Of a DNA stretch of 64,000 nucleotides, positions 25,666 to 36,481 are shown piece by piece. Position 1 is the stretch's first letter. Every line of letters starts with the position of its first letter. The notes beneath the pieces were generated by a model. The model had not been told where the DNA came from. It worked only from the letters and a program-made list of their open reading frames with translations, and made no database searches. The position numbers and the translations under genes were made by a program. This DNA is from Acutalibacteraceae bacterium (GTDB lineage Bacteria > Bacillota > Clostridia > Oscillospirales > Acutalibacteraceae). The stretch spans positions 990 to 64,989 of the forward strand of contig JAZNLH010000040.1 in assembly GCA_045578985.1 (NCBI GenBank), in the 5' to 3' direction.

Positions 25666-27894
25666 ATGGATTTCCAATATGGTAATTTAGGTATTCGTGC
25701 GGACGGTAACGGTGCTTTATACGCTGCAGAACTTTTTGCAAAAGAAATACTGGCACGTACAGGTGAAATTCCGGAAATTAACCAAAACACAAGCTCAACT
25801 TTTATACACTTGATAATCGACAATACCATAAGTGATAAAAACACCTTTGTAATTGTCTATGAACAAAACGGATTAATAATCAGAGCAAAAACAATCCGGG
25901 GTCTTATATTCGGATACTCATTATTTTTAAGAAAAACGAAATACGAGAATGGTAAAATTACTCTGACCGAAGATATTTCAGGAATACACAAACCCGAAAA
26001 ACAAATAATAGGCCATCAAATAGGTTACAGAACAACACCCAACACTTATGATGCCTGGGACTATGACCAATATTTCCGTTACTACCTGGATATGATGGCG
26101 TTCGGAACCAATACTTGTGAACATAACACTACAAAATTCGGAAAAAACGAGATGAATCCTCTTATGCGCTACACCCAAGAGGAGTTCGTTATTGAAGCTT
26201 CACGACTTGCAGATACAATTGACCTTGATGTTTCTTTGTGGCACGCAAATGATGATAACGAAACAGAAGAAGAAGCTTTGGCTTTACGCGAAAAGATATA
26301 TTCCCGGATTCCTCGTATAAATGCTGTATTCCCTCCCGGTGGTGACCCGGGTGAAATGTACGCAGACGAGTTTATAGAGCGTTGTAAAAAAATATCACAT
26401 TTATTGAAAAAACTTCACCCCGAAGCACAAATGCACCCTTCCGCACAAGCTCCTCACAAGTACAAAGATTGGGGTACCGCTTTAGTCAAAGAGCTTGAGG
26501 AAATGCCCGATGAAATAGATACAATTATTATGGGTCCCAACCATGCATTTCCAATGCACGAATTAAGGAAAAAGATTCCTTCAAAATATCCTATCAGATT
26601 TTATCCCGACATTACCCACAACCTGCGTTGTGAATACCCCGTAAATTTCCTCGAAGACGATTGGCACTATGCACTGTGTTCAACCCTTTCCAGAGAAAGC
26701 GTAAATCCGCGTCCTACTGAACTTCGTACCCTTCACAGAATTTTTTCGCCTTATACAATAGGTAGTGTAAGTTATTCTGAAGGCGTTCATGACGATGTAA
26801 ATAAAATGATCTGGAGTGCCCTGGAATGGAACAAAGATGCAGATTTACGAGAAATTCTCCTTGATTACGGAAGGCTCTTCTTTTACGGAACAGACGAAGA
26901 AAAAATTGCCGATACTATTCTGCTTCTTGAAAAAAGCTGGCAAGGTGACCCGGTAGAAAATCCTTGTATTGACTTTGCATATAGTAATTTGTACGAACTC
27001 AAAACCGACTACCCCACCCTGTCGGAGAACTGGCGTTTTATGCTCCTTTATTTCAGGGGATGTTGCGATAAACTCGTCAAAATGCGCCGCTCGTTTGAAA
27101 ATAAACTTTGTAAAGATGCAATAAAAGTTCTTTCAACTTATAATATTGAAAAGGCGTTAGAAATTTTTAAAACGCCATTCAGCAATACTTATAATGATTT
27201 AAGAAACGAGTTAAATGAAATTGGAGAAAAATTATTTAACCTCATCGGAATCCAACTTGATGTAGAACATTATTATGCAGATAGTTGGGAACGAGGCGCA
27301 ACACTTGACACAATCGATAACAACGTTTCGGATAAAGCTTTTCTTATTGATAAACTGGCTTATGCTCTTGAACTTCCTGAAAACGAAATCAATGGCTTTA
27401 TCAACCGTCTTATTTCCAGAAACAAAACCGAAGCCGATGAAATCTATTACTCAGTTGCATTTCATGGTCTTAATGCATTGGGTATAAAACAAGAGGGCGA
27501 AATTTATATGGATATCCAGGGAGATCGCCCTTATACGAAGCAAACGCCTATACCCATGTCTATGACCAAGTTGTATGATAACTACTCTGTAAAAGCAAAA
27601 TTCGGCGGTTTCAGAAGCGGTTGTGACTATATTCTTACAGTAGTTTACAAATCCGATAAATCACCCGATATAAAAACACACTGCGTAATCGCCAATAACC
27701 AAATAATTTATGAAGGCGCTCAATTCAGTGAAATTAAAAATCCGCAGTTTGATAAAGAATTGCTGGTACCGGGTTTCGAAAGTGCATCGTACATTATAAA
27801 AAGTGACGTATTTATAAACGGTACTTTGGAACTTGAAATTAAGGAACCGGAAAACGGATTAAAATTCTGTGAAATGTGGATTAAAAAATCATAA
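25666..27894 (+). CDS. Hypothetical 742-aa cytoplasmic protein (possibly glycoside-hydrolase-like; not recognised)
   Basis: The start was moved to the ATG at 25666, which has an AGGGGG SD. It is a long clean ORF with no signal peptide. I cannot assign a family from sequence alone. Confidence 0.5.
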   Translation: MDFQYGNLGIRADGNGALYAAELFAKEILARTGEIPEINQNTSSTFIHLIIDNTISDKNTFVIVYEQNGLIIRAKTIRGLIFGYSLFLRKTKYENGKITLTEDISGIHKPEKQIIGHQIGYRTTPNTYDAWDYDQYFRYYLDMMAFGTNTCEHNTTKFGKNEMNPLMRYTQEEFVIEASRLADTIDLDVSLWHANDDNETEEEALALREKIYSRIPRINAVFPPGGDPGEMYADEFIERCKKISHLLKKLHPEAQMHPSAQAPHKYKDWGTALVKELEEMPDEIDTIIMGPNHAFPMHELRKKIPSKYPIRFYPDITHNLRCEYPVNFLEDDWHYALCSTLSRESVNPRPTELRTLHRIFSPYTIGSVSYSEGVHDDVNKMIWSALEWNKDADLREILLDYGRLFFYGTDEEKIADTILLLEKSWQGDPVENPCIDFAYSNLYELKTDYPTLSENWRFMLLYFRGCCDKLVKMRRSFENKLCKDAIKVLSTYNIEKALEIFKTPFSNTYNDLRNELNEIGEKLFNLIGIQLDVEHYYADSWERGATLDTIDNNVSDKAFLIDKLAYALELPENEINGFINRLISRNKTEADEIYYSVAFHGLNALGIKQEGEIYMDIQGDRPYTKQTPIPMSMTKLYDNYSVKAKFGGFRSGCDYILTVVYKSDKSPDIKTHCVIANNQIIYEGAQFSEIKNPQFDKELLVPGFESASYIIKSDVFINGTLELEIKEPENGLKFCEMWIKKS

Positions 27895-28053
27895 ATTTTA
27901 ATAAAATAACATTTTTGTTACTTTATTCGACCGATTTTGAAATGTTTTTGTAATAAAATATTGAAAAAGTCGGTCGATTTATGTTATGATAGAGTGAAAT
28001 ATGATTGGGTGACTTGTGTCACACAATACCTATTAATGGTAAAGGTGGAAATT

Positions 28054-30531
28054 ATGATAAGAATCATTTGCGCAAAATGTAAAAACGCTTATCTAAAAAA
28101 AGAAGACGAAAACCTCGTTTGTCCGTCTTGTAAAGAAGTTTTTCCCGAGTCTATGGAGAATCTTCTTTTAGGCGCTCAGTATTACACCGAGGGTAAAATA
28201 GCCGAAGCCGGCGACTGTCTTATGAAATACATCGTTAAAAACGGCGCTGAACCTCAGGCAATGTTCTACAAAGCTCTTTGTGATGCTTCGCTTTTCGACG
28301 AAGATACTGTATCATTGAATGATTTATACGAAAAACTTCTTCAATCCCTTTCTGAGTTTCCTGATGATTTATTCATCCGTTACTTAGCAATTGCCAATGA
28401 TGAAGCAGAACGTATTGAAAAACTTATATCAGAAAATCATATCAGACAGTTCGAAAATGCTGATGCTGAAAAAATAAAAAAAGAGGTTACTGTTATTATC
28501 GGTTTCCAGAACGAAGCAAAGGAATTCCGTGCTAAACTTACCGATTTAACCAACGCATATAATGAAAGAGCAACTAAAAAAATCGGTGTAAGATTTTCAA
28601 CTTGTCATCTTGTTCAACCGGAAGTAGCAACAGAGGTCGGTGCACTTAAATTCGACAAAGTGAAAGAAAGCATCGAATCTCATACGGTATTTACAGGTAT
28701 TCTTTCAACCGACATAAAGAATCTTGAAATATATTACCGTTGTATTGTTATGTTCTTTGAAAAGGATAGACAAAAATACGATTTCCTTATGGAAAGCGCA
28801 GAAAAATTCAACGACCTTGCAAAGCTTCTTGAAGAAGGCAGATACTCTTCTATAAGTGGTGTACCGACAATTGCAAACAAACTTAAAAGCGCTGCCTACG
28901 ATTTCTTCCAGGAAAGTCTCAAAGACCATGACGATGAATTTGAACAACAAACGGAAACTGTTGTAGTAATTGTTCCCGAAACTGTTGAGGTACCTGTTGA
29001 AGAAACCGAAGTTTCTGATGAAACAGTTGAAGATAACACTGTATACGAGGATATATACTCCGATTCAACTTCAACTGAAGAAATTGAATCAGAAGAATCA
29101 ACACCGGTTTCAGAGGAAATGGCAGAAGAAGCTGAAGTTCTTGAAAACACATCGGAAGATGCAGTATTTGAACTTCCCGTTGCGGATAATTTTGATGAAA
29201 TCACTCCTGTAAGTGAAATCAAAGAAACAGAAAATTTAACTGAAAAGGAAACCGAAACAGTTGAAACTGTTGTTGAAGAAGAAATTTCAGAAAAAGACGA
29301 AACAAACGAAGCTGTTTTTGAAATAGCTGAAGAAGCAGAAGAAACTGAAGAATCTGAAGAATCAGAAGAAATTTCCGAACAAACAGCCGAATTTGCCGAA
29401 GAATCTTCAGAAGTAATTGAAGTTTCCGATGAAACCGAAACTGATACTGCTGACGTTCAGAAATCCGATGATTCCGAAGAAAAAGAATCCGAATACGAAA
29501 AAGTTGAAGTAACAGATGAAGCAAAAGTTGTTATAAAACACAAAAAGAATTACGCTCCCTTTGTTGCAATAATTCTTGTAATCCTTGCAATTGCAGGATT
29601 AATCGCTCTTAAAGTTGTTCCCGATAAACTTAATGCTGCAAATTATGAAAAAGCATCGGTACTCGCTACAGAAAAGAAATACGCCGAAGCTGCAGAAGTA
29701 TTCGCAGAATTAGGTGATTATTCCGATGCGCAGGATAAGGCTGTTGAATGTCGATATAATCACGCCTGCTCACTTGAAACAGAGAAAAAATATACCGAAG
29801 CAAAGGCTATCTTCAGTTCTTTAGGCAACTATGAAGACAGTGTAGCAAAAACTAACTCCTGTGCATATAACGAAGCTCTTGCGGTTTTAGAGGCAGGTAA
29901 TTTTGATGAAGCTGCCACACTCTTTGAACAGCTTAAAGATTATGCAGACAGCGCAACAATGATAAAAGAGTGTTCTTATAAGAAAGCCCTTGCTTTATTG
30001 GGAAACAAAGACTATGAAGGTGCTATTGAAATCTTCACAAATCTCGATGGATATTCTGACAGTGCCGACAAAATACTTGAAGCAAAATACGGCTATGCTA
30101 AGGATAATCTTGATGCAAAGAACGAAACCACACTCAGCTATCTCAAAGACCTTGCTCAGGCAAAATACAAGGATAGCGCTGATTTAAGAAATAAACTTCT
30201 CGGCATTTCTAATGAACTTGCCGCAGGTGTAACGTCATGCATCAACTACAACCCTACAGATACACAAACCGCTTTAACAGAAGCAGATAAATCAAAAGTT
30301 ATCTATTTCCACGTTGTTGTTACGGAACCTGAACTTTATAACAAGAAGTTAACGATTGATTACACAACATCTATGGGTTACCACGATACAAAAGGAATTG
30401 TCCTTACTGCTGATGATAATACATATACATTTGCATATCCCAGCACCAATAGCAGTAATTATTCCGTTGTATTCAAACTTCTTTCAGACGATAACACAAC
30501 CCTTACAACACAACAGATTTTAATTAAATAA
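28054..30531 (+). CDS. Membrane protein: N-terminal zinc ribbon, ~180-aa poly-acidic linker, one TM helix, extracellular repeats of F..LGDY.DS..K..EC.Y..A type
   Basis: The start was moved to the ATG at 28054, which has an AAAGGTGG SD. Zinc ribbon CAKCKN...CPSCKE; an E/T/S-rich region; TM helix YAPFVAIILVILAIAGLIALKVV; then at least 5 repeats (LGDYSDAQDKAVECRYNHA, LGNYEDSVAKTNSCAYNEA, LKDYADSATMIKECSYKKA, LDGYSDSADKILEAKYGYA). Confidence 0.6.
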   Translation: MIRIICAKCKNAYLKKEDENLVCPSCKEVFPESMENLLLGAQYYTEGKIAEAGDCLMKYIVKNGAEPQAMFYKALCDASLFDEDTVSLNDLYEKLLQSLSEFPDDLFIRYLAIANDEAERIEKLISENHIRQFENADAEKIKKEVTVIIGFQNEAKEFRAKLTDLTNAYNERATKKIGVRFSTCHLVQPEVATEVGALKFDKVKESIESHTVFTGILSTDIKNLEIYYRCIVMFFEKDRQKYDFLMESAEKFNDLAKLLEEGRYSSISGVPTIANKLKSAAYDFFQESLKDHDDEFEQQTETVVVIVPETVEVPVEETEVSDETVEDNTVYEDIYSDSTSTEEIESEESTPVSEEMAEEAEVLENTSEDAVFELPVADNFDEITPVSEIKETENLTEKETETVETVVEEEISEKDETNEAVFEIAEEAEETEESEESEEISEQTAEFAEESSEVIEVSDETETDTADVQKSDDSEEKESEYEKVEVTDEAKVVIKHKKNYAPFVAIILVILAIAGLIALKVVPDKLNAANYEKASVLATEKKYAEAAEVFAELGDYSDAQDKAVECRYNHACSLETEKKYTEAKAIFSSLGNYEDSVAKTNSCAYNEALAVLEAGNFDEAATLFEQLKDYADSATMIKECSYKKALALLGNKDYEGAIEIFTNLDGYSDSADKILEAKYGYAKDNLDAKNETTLSYLKDLAQAKYKDSADLRNKLLGISNELAAGVTSCINYNPTDTQTALTEADKSKVIYFHVVVTEPELYNKKLTIDYTTSMGYHDTKGIVLTADDNTYTFAYPSTNSSNYSVVFKLLSDDNTTLTTQQILIK

Positions 30532-30542
30532 CATAAAAACAA

Positions 30543-30586
30543 ACGATCATTCGCTTAGTTGATTCTTTGCGAATGACCGTTTTTTC
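30543..30586 (+). terminator. Intrinsic terminator
   Basis: ACGATCATTCGC / GCGAATGACCGT (1 mismatch) followed by TTTTT. Confidence 0.7.
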
Positions 30587-30620
30587 GTTTCAGGATATTT
30601 TTCTTGTGTTGCTTACTGAA

Positions 30621-30920
30621 TTAATCCATCATTCCGGATACATTTTCAGAAACATCTGTTACCATGTCCGAAACACCCTCTGATACATCAGTTACAATCT
30701 CACCGAGCATACCGTTATCGCCATTTTCCGATACATCTGTAACAATACCGTCACTCACATCCATCATTTCGTTCTCGCCGGTGTTACCTGTTGTAGGAGC
30801 AGATGTAGTTGCAGGTGTAGTGGTTGTCATATCTTCATCATTTGCACCGCAACCATAAAAAACAACTGCAATACAACCAATAAGAACTAATGCAGATACA
30901 ATAGTAATAATTTTTCTCAT
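30621..30920 (-). CDS. Small lipoprotein with VTDVSE repeats
   Basis: Lipobox-like VFYGCGAN after a signal helix. The motif [IV]VTDVSE[NG] occurs four times. Confidence 0.55.
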   Translation of the reverse strand: MRKIITIVSALVLIGCIAVVFYGCGANDEDMTTTTPATTSAPTTGNTGENEMMDVSDGIVTDVSENGDNGMLGEIVTDVSEGVSDMVTDVSENVSGMMD

Positions 30921-30995
30921 AAACTCACGTCCTTTCCGGAGCCGCTTATCCCAAAACTCCGTTATAATTATTTCCCTTTTAAAAAATATTATTCA

Positions 30996-32354
30996 TCACT
31001 TTGTCAGCACGCCGCCATCAGTGTAAAGAAGTATAAGCACATCTTTTTCTTCACCGGTTAAAGGATCAATATAAATAAGCACTTCCTGCTCGTCCGGAGC
31101 AACACATCTGTATTCATACACATAGTCTTCTGTTTCCCATTCTGTTGGGATAAATGCTTTTTTGTATGAAAGGATTTTCAATCCGTCCCTGATAAGTTTT
31201 TTCGCCTCAATAGGTGTATATTTCACGTTTTGCGGTACAGTTCTGGTTTTATGATTCATGAGATATCCCGTTGCATCAAACGCCGTTATATCCCCTGTGT
31301 CAAGAGCAACACTCACTTTAATAAGATCCGTATAATAGGTTATGCCGTTTTCGTAGAATGAAAAATTAATTGTACAAATACCGTCAGTTGTTGAATAATA
31401 ACTTTCCTTTACTTTATCATAGCCATGATTTTTGAGAAATTCCGTGGCTTTTTTTATTGCCTGTTCTGTAGATAATTCGATCTGAGCCGCATATTTGGAA
31501 GTAAGCATATAACTGACTATACCACCCTTTTGTGTAACCGAAAGAGTATATTCGGAATTATAAAAAGTGTAGGTGCTGAGATTATTCTGAGTTTTACTTA
31601 AAAGCTGAAGTTGATCGCTTTCTACACCTATAAATTCAGCTGCTTTTTCTCTTGCCTTTTCTTCTGATACAACAGAAAGCTTTTCTGTAACGGCAGAGGT
31701 TTTATTAACAATATGATCAGAGAAAGGTCCGTCATAAATAAGTGTGGGATATTCGTTAAGCGATTGATTAGCATCGTTAAGTTCGTTCCCCAAATATAAT
31801 CTTTCTTCTCCGTCACTCTGTAAAGTTGTTTTTACTTCTTCAAAATCAAGAAGCCCGTTTTCTTCCTGTTCAATAAGATAGTTCACACTGTTGCTTAAAT
31901 TTTCAGAGTATTGAAGAAGCTTATTAAGATTTTCGGTTTCTTCTTTGGTTATTTTCTCTCCTCTTGCAATACGTTCATTAAGTGCAAGTGTGTACTCGCC
32001 TACTTGGGAAAGGAATTTATACACACCTGAAATTTCTGTGTTACCATCGGTAATTTCTGATAAACTCTCTTTTGCCGATGAGCTTGAGCGCCAAAGTTTT
32101 GAAGTTACTGTTGAAAGCATACTTTCACTTGCGCAATACATACATTTTTGCAAATTAAGATTTATATCATCAAGATACGCACCCAACTGTGTTAAAGCAC
32201 GTTCATTTGAAGCACGCATTGCCATTTTCGCTTCGGCAAGTTTAAAAGCATTTACAGAACCCCAAATTGTAAGCACCAAAACAAGTGCACTCAAAAAACT
32301 GACTGTTCTGACGAAGCGTCTTTTACTACTTCTCATATTTCTGCTCCTTAGCAA
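30996..32354 (-). CDS. ypeB: Germination protein YpeB-like (PepSY-domain protein)
   Basis: N-terminal membrane anchor. The YpeB-type N-domain (LTQLGAYLDDINLNLQKCMYCAS) is followed by PepSY-like repeats (AIKKATEFLKNHGY). Confidence 0.7.
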   Translation of the reverse strand: MLRSRNMRSSKRRFVRTVSFLSALVLVLTIWGSVNAFKLAEAKMAMRASNERALTQLGAYLDDINLNLQKCMYCASESMLSTVTSKLWRSSSSAKESLSEITDGNTEISGVYKFLSQVGEYTLALNERIARGEKITKEETENLNKLLQYSENLSNSVNYLIEQEENGLLDFEEVKTTLQSDGEERLYLGNELNDANQSLNEYPTLIYDGPFSDHIVNKTSAVTEKLSVVSEEKAREKAAEFIGVESDQLQLLSKTQNNLSTYTFYNSEYTLSVTQKGGIVSYMLTSKYAAQIELSTEQAIKKATEFLKNHGYDKVKESYYSTTDGICTINFSFYENGITYYTDLIKVSVALDTGDITAFDATGYLMNHKTRTVPQNVKYTPIEAKKLIRDGLKILSYKKAFIPTEWETEDYVYEYRCVAPDEQEVLIYIDPLTGEEKDVLILLYTDGGVLTK

Positions 32355-32552
32355 TTAAATATTTTAAACAAGGCGTACGAGGTTCAACACCCGTTACCTT
32401 ACCATTTTCTCCTTTAATTCATAAAATATTCAAGAAATTTACAATAAAACTTAACTTAAAACCATTTACAAAAACCTTAATAATATAGTATAATTAGACG
32501 ATTATAAATATAAATCAATATGTAATAAATAAAGAAAAGGAAGTAGTGTTTT

Positions 32553-33686
32553 TTGACCGTTTATTTTGATAACAGTGCTACTACAAAACCTTGCAAAGAA
32601 GCTATTGAAGCTGCTACCAAAGCTATGACAGAGTGTTGGGGTAATCCATCATCTTTGCACGAATTAGGAAGTTTGGCATCATCCGAGCTCAGAAAATCAA
32701 GAAAAAGCGTGTGTAAACTTTTAGGTGTACCTGAAGATACTTTCTTTTTCACTTCGTCGGGCACCACCGCAAACAATACCGCCATTTTCGGAACATACGA
32801 AAAACTCAAACGTGAGGGCAATCGAATAGTTACTACAGCTATTGAGCATCCATCTGTCAGCGAACCTATAAAACGCCTTGAGTCTTGCGGTGTTGAGGTC
32901 ATCCGCCTTATGCCTGATAAATTCGGTAAAATAAACGAAGATGAACTTTTGGAAAGTATAAACCATAACACTTTTTTAGTCTCCCTGATGGCAGTAAATA
33001 ACGAAGTCGGTTCAATACTTCCCGTAAATTCTGTACGTACAGCAATCAAAAGAGCAGGTTCACCTGCGGTTATACATTCTGATTGTGTTCAGGCACTTTC
33101 AAAAATTCCCGTTAATCCAAAAACAGTTGATGCAGATATTATCACCGTCAGCGGTCATAAAATTCATGCATTAAAAGGCGTTGGCGGAATCTATGTCAAA
33201 TCACAAAATCTTCTTAAACCATACATACTCGGTGGCGGTCAGGAAAAAAATATGCATTCCGGCACAGAAGCCACACCTGCAATATTCTCATTCGGAGCTG
33301 CGGCACAGTGCGCTATGGATGTAAGAAGACATTCTGATTATGTAAGATCACTAAAAGAACAATTTCTCAGAGGAATAGAGGATTTATCATGCGTTATGGT
33401 GAACTCACCCCACGACTCTATCCCCTACATTGTTAACATATCAATCCTCGGTTTACCAAGTCAGCCAACAGTTAATTTTATGAGCAGTAAAGGAATTTCA
33501 ATCTCTGCAGGTTCAGCCTGTAAAACAGGTCACAGAAGCCCTGTTCTTACTGCGATGGGGCTTTCACCCGAAATTATAGACAGCGCTGTAAGAATTAGTT
33601 TTTCGCGCTATAACACAACCGAAGAAGTTGATATTCTTATAAATGCTGTAAAAGAAGCAGCGGAAAAATACGGCAAAAAATGCTGA
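32553..33686 (+). CDS. Cysteine desulfurase (NifS/IscS class V aminotransferase)
   Basis: TTG start. YFDNSATT, the PLP-lysine motif VSGHKIHALKGVGG and the C-terminal SAGSACK active-site Cys loop. It is adjacent to thiI. Confidence 0.85.
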   Translation: MTVYFDNSATTKPCKEAIEAATKAMTECWGNPSSLHELGSLASSELRKSRKSVCKLLGVPEDTFFFTSSGTTANNTAIFGTYEKLKREGNRIVTTAIEHPSVSEPIKRLESCGVEVIRLMPDKFGKINEDELLESINHNTFLVSLMAVNNEVGSILPVNSVRTAIKRAGSPAVIHSDCVQALSKIPVNPKTVDADIITVSGHKIHALKGVGGIYVKSQNLLKPYILGGGQEKNMHSGTEATPAIFSFGAAAQCAMDVRRHSDYVRSLKEQFLRGIEDLSCVMVNSPHDSIPYIVNISILGLPSQPTVNFMSSKGISISAGSACKTGHRSPVLTAMGLSPEIIDSAVRISFSRYNTTEEVDILINAVKEAAEKYGKKC

Positions 33687-33707
33687 TAATCGTTTGAAAG
33701 GAATATT

Positions 33708-34895
33708 ATGAAAGAAATAATTCTTATAAAAGACGGAGAACTCGCACTTAAAGGTCTTAACCGTTCAACATTCGAAGATATGCTCGTTAAAAATATCCGT
33801 AGGCGTATAAAACCTTTCGGTGCTTTTGAAATAAAAAAATCGCAGTCTACTATTACCGTCACACCTACAGATGAGTATGCAGACCTTGATGCAGCAGCAG
33901 ACGAAATTTCACGAGTTTTCGGTATTGCAGGTTACTCAAGAGCAGGAGTTTGCGAAAAAAATATTGATGCAATAATGGCTCTGGCTCCCGTATACCTTAA
34001 AGAACAGTTGCTTGATGCAAAAACTTTTAAAGTAGAAGCAAAACGCTCCGACAAAAAGTTCCCCTACAAATCCCCCGAAATTTCTGCTATGGTGGGAGGA
34101 AAACTCCTCGAAAGTTTTCCTCACCTTAAAGTTGATGTTAAAAACCCCGATATCACCGTTACGGTTGAAATCCGTGACGAAGCATACGTGCGCGGTAATC
34201 AGTTAAAAGGTGCAGGCGGTATGCCTTGCGGTTCATCCGGAAGAGCATTGATACTTATTTCAGGTGGTATCGATAGTCCTGTTGCGGGTTATATGATGGC
34301 AAAAAGAGGTTTGGAGCTTGTGGGTATTCATTTTGCATCCCCACCCTACACCTCCTTACGCGCTGAAGAAAAAGTTCATGATTTACTTTCAAAAGTCGCA
34401 AGATACAGCGGAAGAATCTGGCTTCATACAGTACCTTTCACAGAAATCCAAGAGCAAATCCGCGAAAAATGTCCCGAAGAATATTTCACAATTATTATGC
34501 GTCGTTTTATGATGCGTCTTTCAAATATGCTTGCAGCTAACTCTGACTGCCACGCACTTATTACAGGCGAAAGCGTTGCACAGGTTGCCAGTCAGACTAC
34601 TCTTGCTCTCGGCTGCACAGATGCGGTTGCCGAATATCCTGTTTTCCGTCCTTGCATTGGCATGGATAAAGAGGAAATAATAACAATATCCAGAAAAATT
34701 GATACATTTAATATTTCAATACAACCTTTCGAGGATTGCTGTACGGTGTTTACTCCTAAACATCCTAAAACACGTCCTCAACTTCCCGATATCGTCGAAG
34801 CTGAAAAAGTGCTTGATATTGAGGCACTTTGCCAAAGAGCATACGACGGAATAAAACGAATTTCAATCACTTCGGACGGCGTTGAAAATGAATGA
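33708..34895 (+). CDS. thiI: tRNA 4-thiouridine(8) synthase ThiI
   Basis: THUMP-type N-half and the PP-loop SGGIDSPVA. Confidence 0.9.
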   Translation: MKEIILIKDGELALKGLNRSTFEDMLVKNIRRRIKPFGAFEIKKSQSTITVTPTDEYADLDAAADEISRVFGIAGYSRAGVCEKNIDAIMALAPVYLKEQLLDAKTFKVEAKRSDKKFPYKSPEISAMVGGKLLESFPHLKVDVKNPDITVTVEIRDEAYVRGNQLKGAGGMPCGSSGRALILISGGIDSPVAGYMMAKRGLELVGIHFASPPYTSLRAEEKVHDLLSKVARYSGRIWLHTVPFTEIQEQIREKCPEEYFTIIMRRFMMRLSNMLAANSDCHALITGESVAQVASQTTLALGCTDAVAEYPVFRPCIGMDKEEIITISRKIDTFNISIQPFEDCCTVFTPKHPKTRPQLPDIVEAEKVLDIEALCQRAYDGIKRISITSDGVENE

Positions 34896-35403
34896 AAAAA
34901 AATTAATAACTTTTGCTGAAGTTATTGTAAAAAAACTCAAAGACAATAATTTATCTCTCGGGCTTGCCGAATCCTGCACAGGCGGTTGGTTAAGCAAAAT
35001 CATAACCGATGTCAGCGGTGCTTCCGCCGTTTACAATGGTGGTATTTGCTCATATTCAAACGAAATCAAAGTTAAACTTCTCGGTGTTAAGGAAGAAACT
35101 TTGCGTTCTTTCGGTGCTGTAAGCGAACAAACAGCATATGAAATGGCAAATGGTGCAAGAAATGCTTTAAATGCTGACATAGGTGTCGGTATAACCGGGA
35201 TTGCCGGTCCTGGATCCGATGACACTTCAAAGCCCGTTGGTCTTATTTACGTAGCGGTTTCCTATAAGAATAAAACCGTGGTAAAAGAATTACGTAACAA
35301 TTTCCAGACAGATATCAGATTAAACAACAGACTTTCCGCTTTGGAATCAGCGTTAAGTCTTTTAGCCGATATATTTTCAGGTGATATAAATGAAAAAAAA
35401 TAA
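34888..35403 (+). CDS. CinA-family protein (PncC-type nicotinamide-nucleotide amidohydrolase domain only)
   Basis: AESCTGG motif and GITGIAGP. The start was set at the ATG at 34888, which overlaps the thiI stop. Confidence 0.8.
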   Translation: MNEKKLITFAEVIVKKLKDNNLSLGLAESCTGGWLSKIITDVSGASAVYNGGICSYSNEIKVKLLGVKEETLRSFGAVSEQTAYEMANGARNALNADIGVGITGIAGPGSDDTSKPVGLIYVAVSYKNKTVVKELRNNFQTDIRLNNRLSALESALSLLADIFSGDINEKK

Positions 35404-36463
35404 AAAAATACAAGATTCTCCCTACATTTACTTTCAAAATGCAGAAGAAACTGTTACACGAACAGATGAAACTCAAAAGAATGCTATTTCAAAAATAATT
35501 AAAAGAAAAAAACTGAAAAAGACAACTTTCAATGTTATTTCTTTTATTCTTATTTTTGCAATTGTTATCTCTTCGCTGTTTTTGGGAAAAAGAGGTATCG
35601 AAAAATTCCTGGTTTTAAGGCAGGAACAAAAGCAACACGATTCTTCTACCCTTCCGGAAGACGTAATGAAAGAACTTGAGTCTATGTCGGAAGAAGAAAA
35701 GTGGGCATATCTTTACGAGCAATATCCCGAACTTATAAATGTCAAATTCCCTGCGGGAATCCTTTGCGACTATGCTCTTTACTACGCCAATAACCCTGAA
35801 ACTATAGGATACATAAAAATTGATGGCACAAGAGTTAATTCTCCTGTTGTTCAGGCAGATAATAATAAATACTATCTTAATCACGACTTTTACGGAAAAA
35901 CAACAAGTTACGGTGCAATTTACGCATCCTACAAACACAATTTTGAACCCTTTGACAGAAATACACTTATTTACGGCCACAATATGACTGATGGTTCGCG
36001 TTTTGCCGAACTGCTCAATTACAGAAATATTGATTTTTTCAAAAAGCATCCTGTTATTCAGTTTGATTCACTCTTTGAAAAACATTTATGGAAAATTTAC
36101 GCCGTAGTTATTACTAACGGCTCAACGGAAAGTGATAACGGATATTTCTTCGATTTCACATTCAACCATTGTTCCGATGCTTGTTATGAAGAATACATCG
36201 AAGAACTCGATAAAAGAAAACTTTATGATACAGGTGTTGACCTTTTACCTACAGACACCATTATAACTCTTTGCACTTGCACTTACGAATACGATGATGC
36301 AAGATTAATAGTTATTGCCCGTATGGTGCGTGATGGTGAAAACCCCGATGTTGATGTAAATCTTGCATCAATGAAATCTACTCCTGTAAAATATCCTGAT
36401 TCTTACTACGAAAATCCCAATGAAAACCCATATAAGAATGATAAAAAATTCTATTTGTATTAA
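35390..36463 (+). CDS. srtB: Class B sortase with extended N- and C-termini
   Basis: TM anchor, YGHNM (His) and TLCTCTYE (TLxTC catalytic Cys). At 357 aa it is longer than typical SrtB. Confidence 0.75.
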   Translation: MKKNKKIQDSPYIYFQNAEETVTRTDETQKNAISKIIKRKKLKKTTFNVISFILIFAIVISSLFLGKRGIEKFLVLRQEQKQHDSSTLPEDVMKELESMSEEEKWAYLYEQYPELINVKFPAGILCDYALYYANNPETIGYIKIDGTRVNSPVVQADNNKYYLNHDFYGKTTSYGAIYASYKHNFEPFDRNTLIYGHNMTDGSRFAELLNYRNIDFFKKHPVIQFDSLFEKHLWKIYAVVITNGSTESDNGYFFDFTFNHCSDACYEEYIEELDKRKLYDTGVDLLPTDTIITLCTCTYEYDDARLIVIARMVRDGENPDVDVNLASMKSTPVKYPDSYYENPNENPYKNDKKFYLY

Positions 36464-36481
36464 AAATTGCGAGGTGTGATA

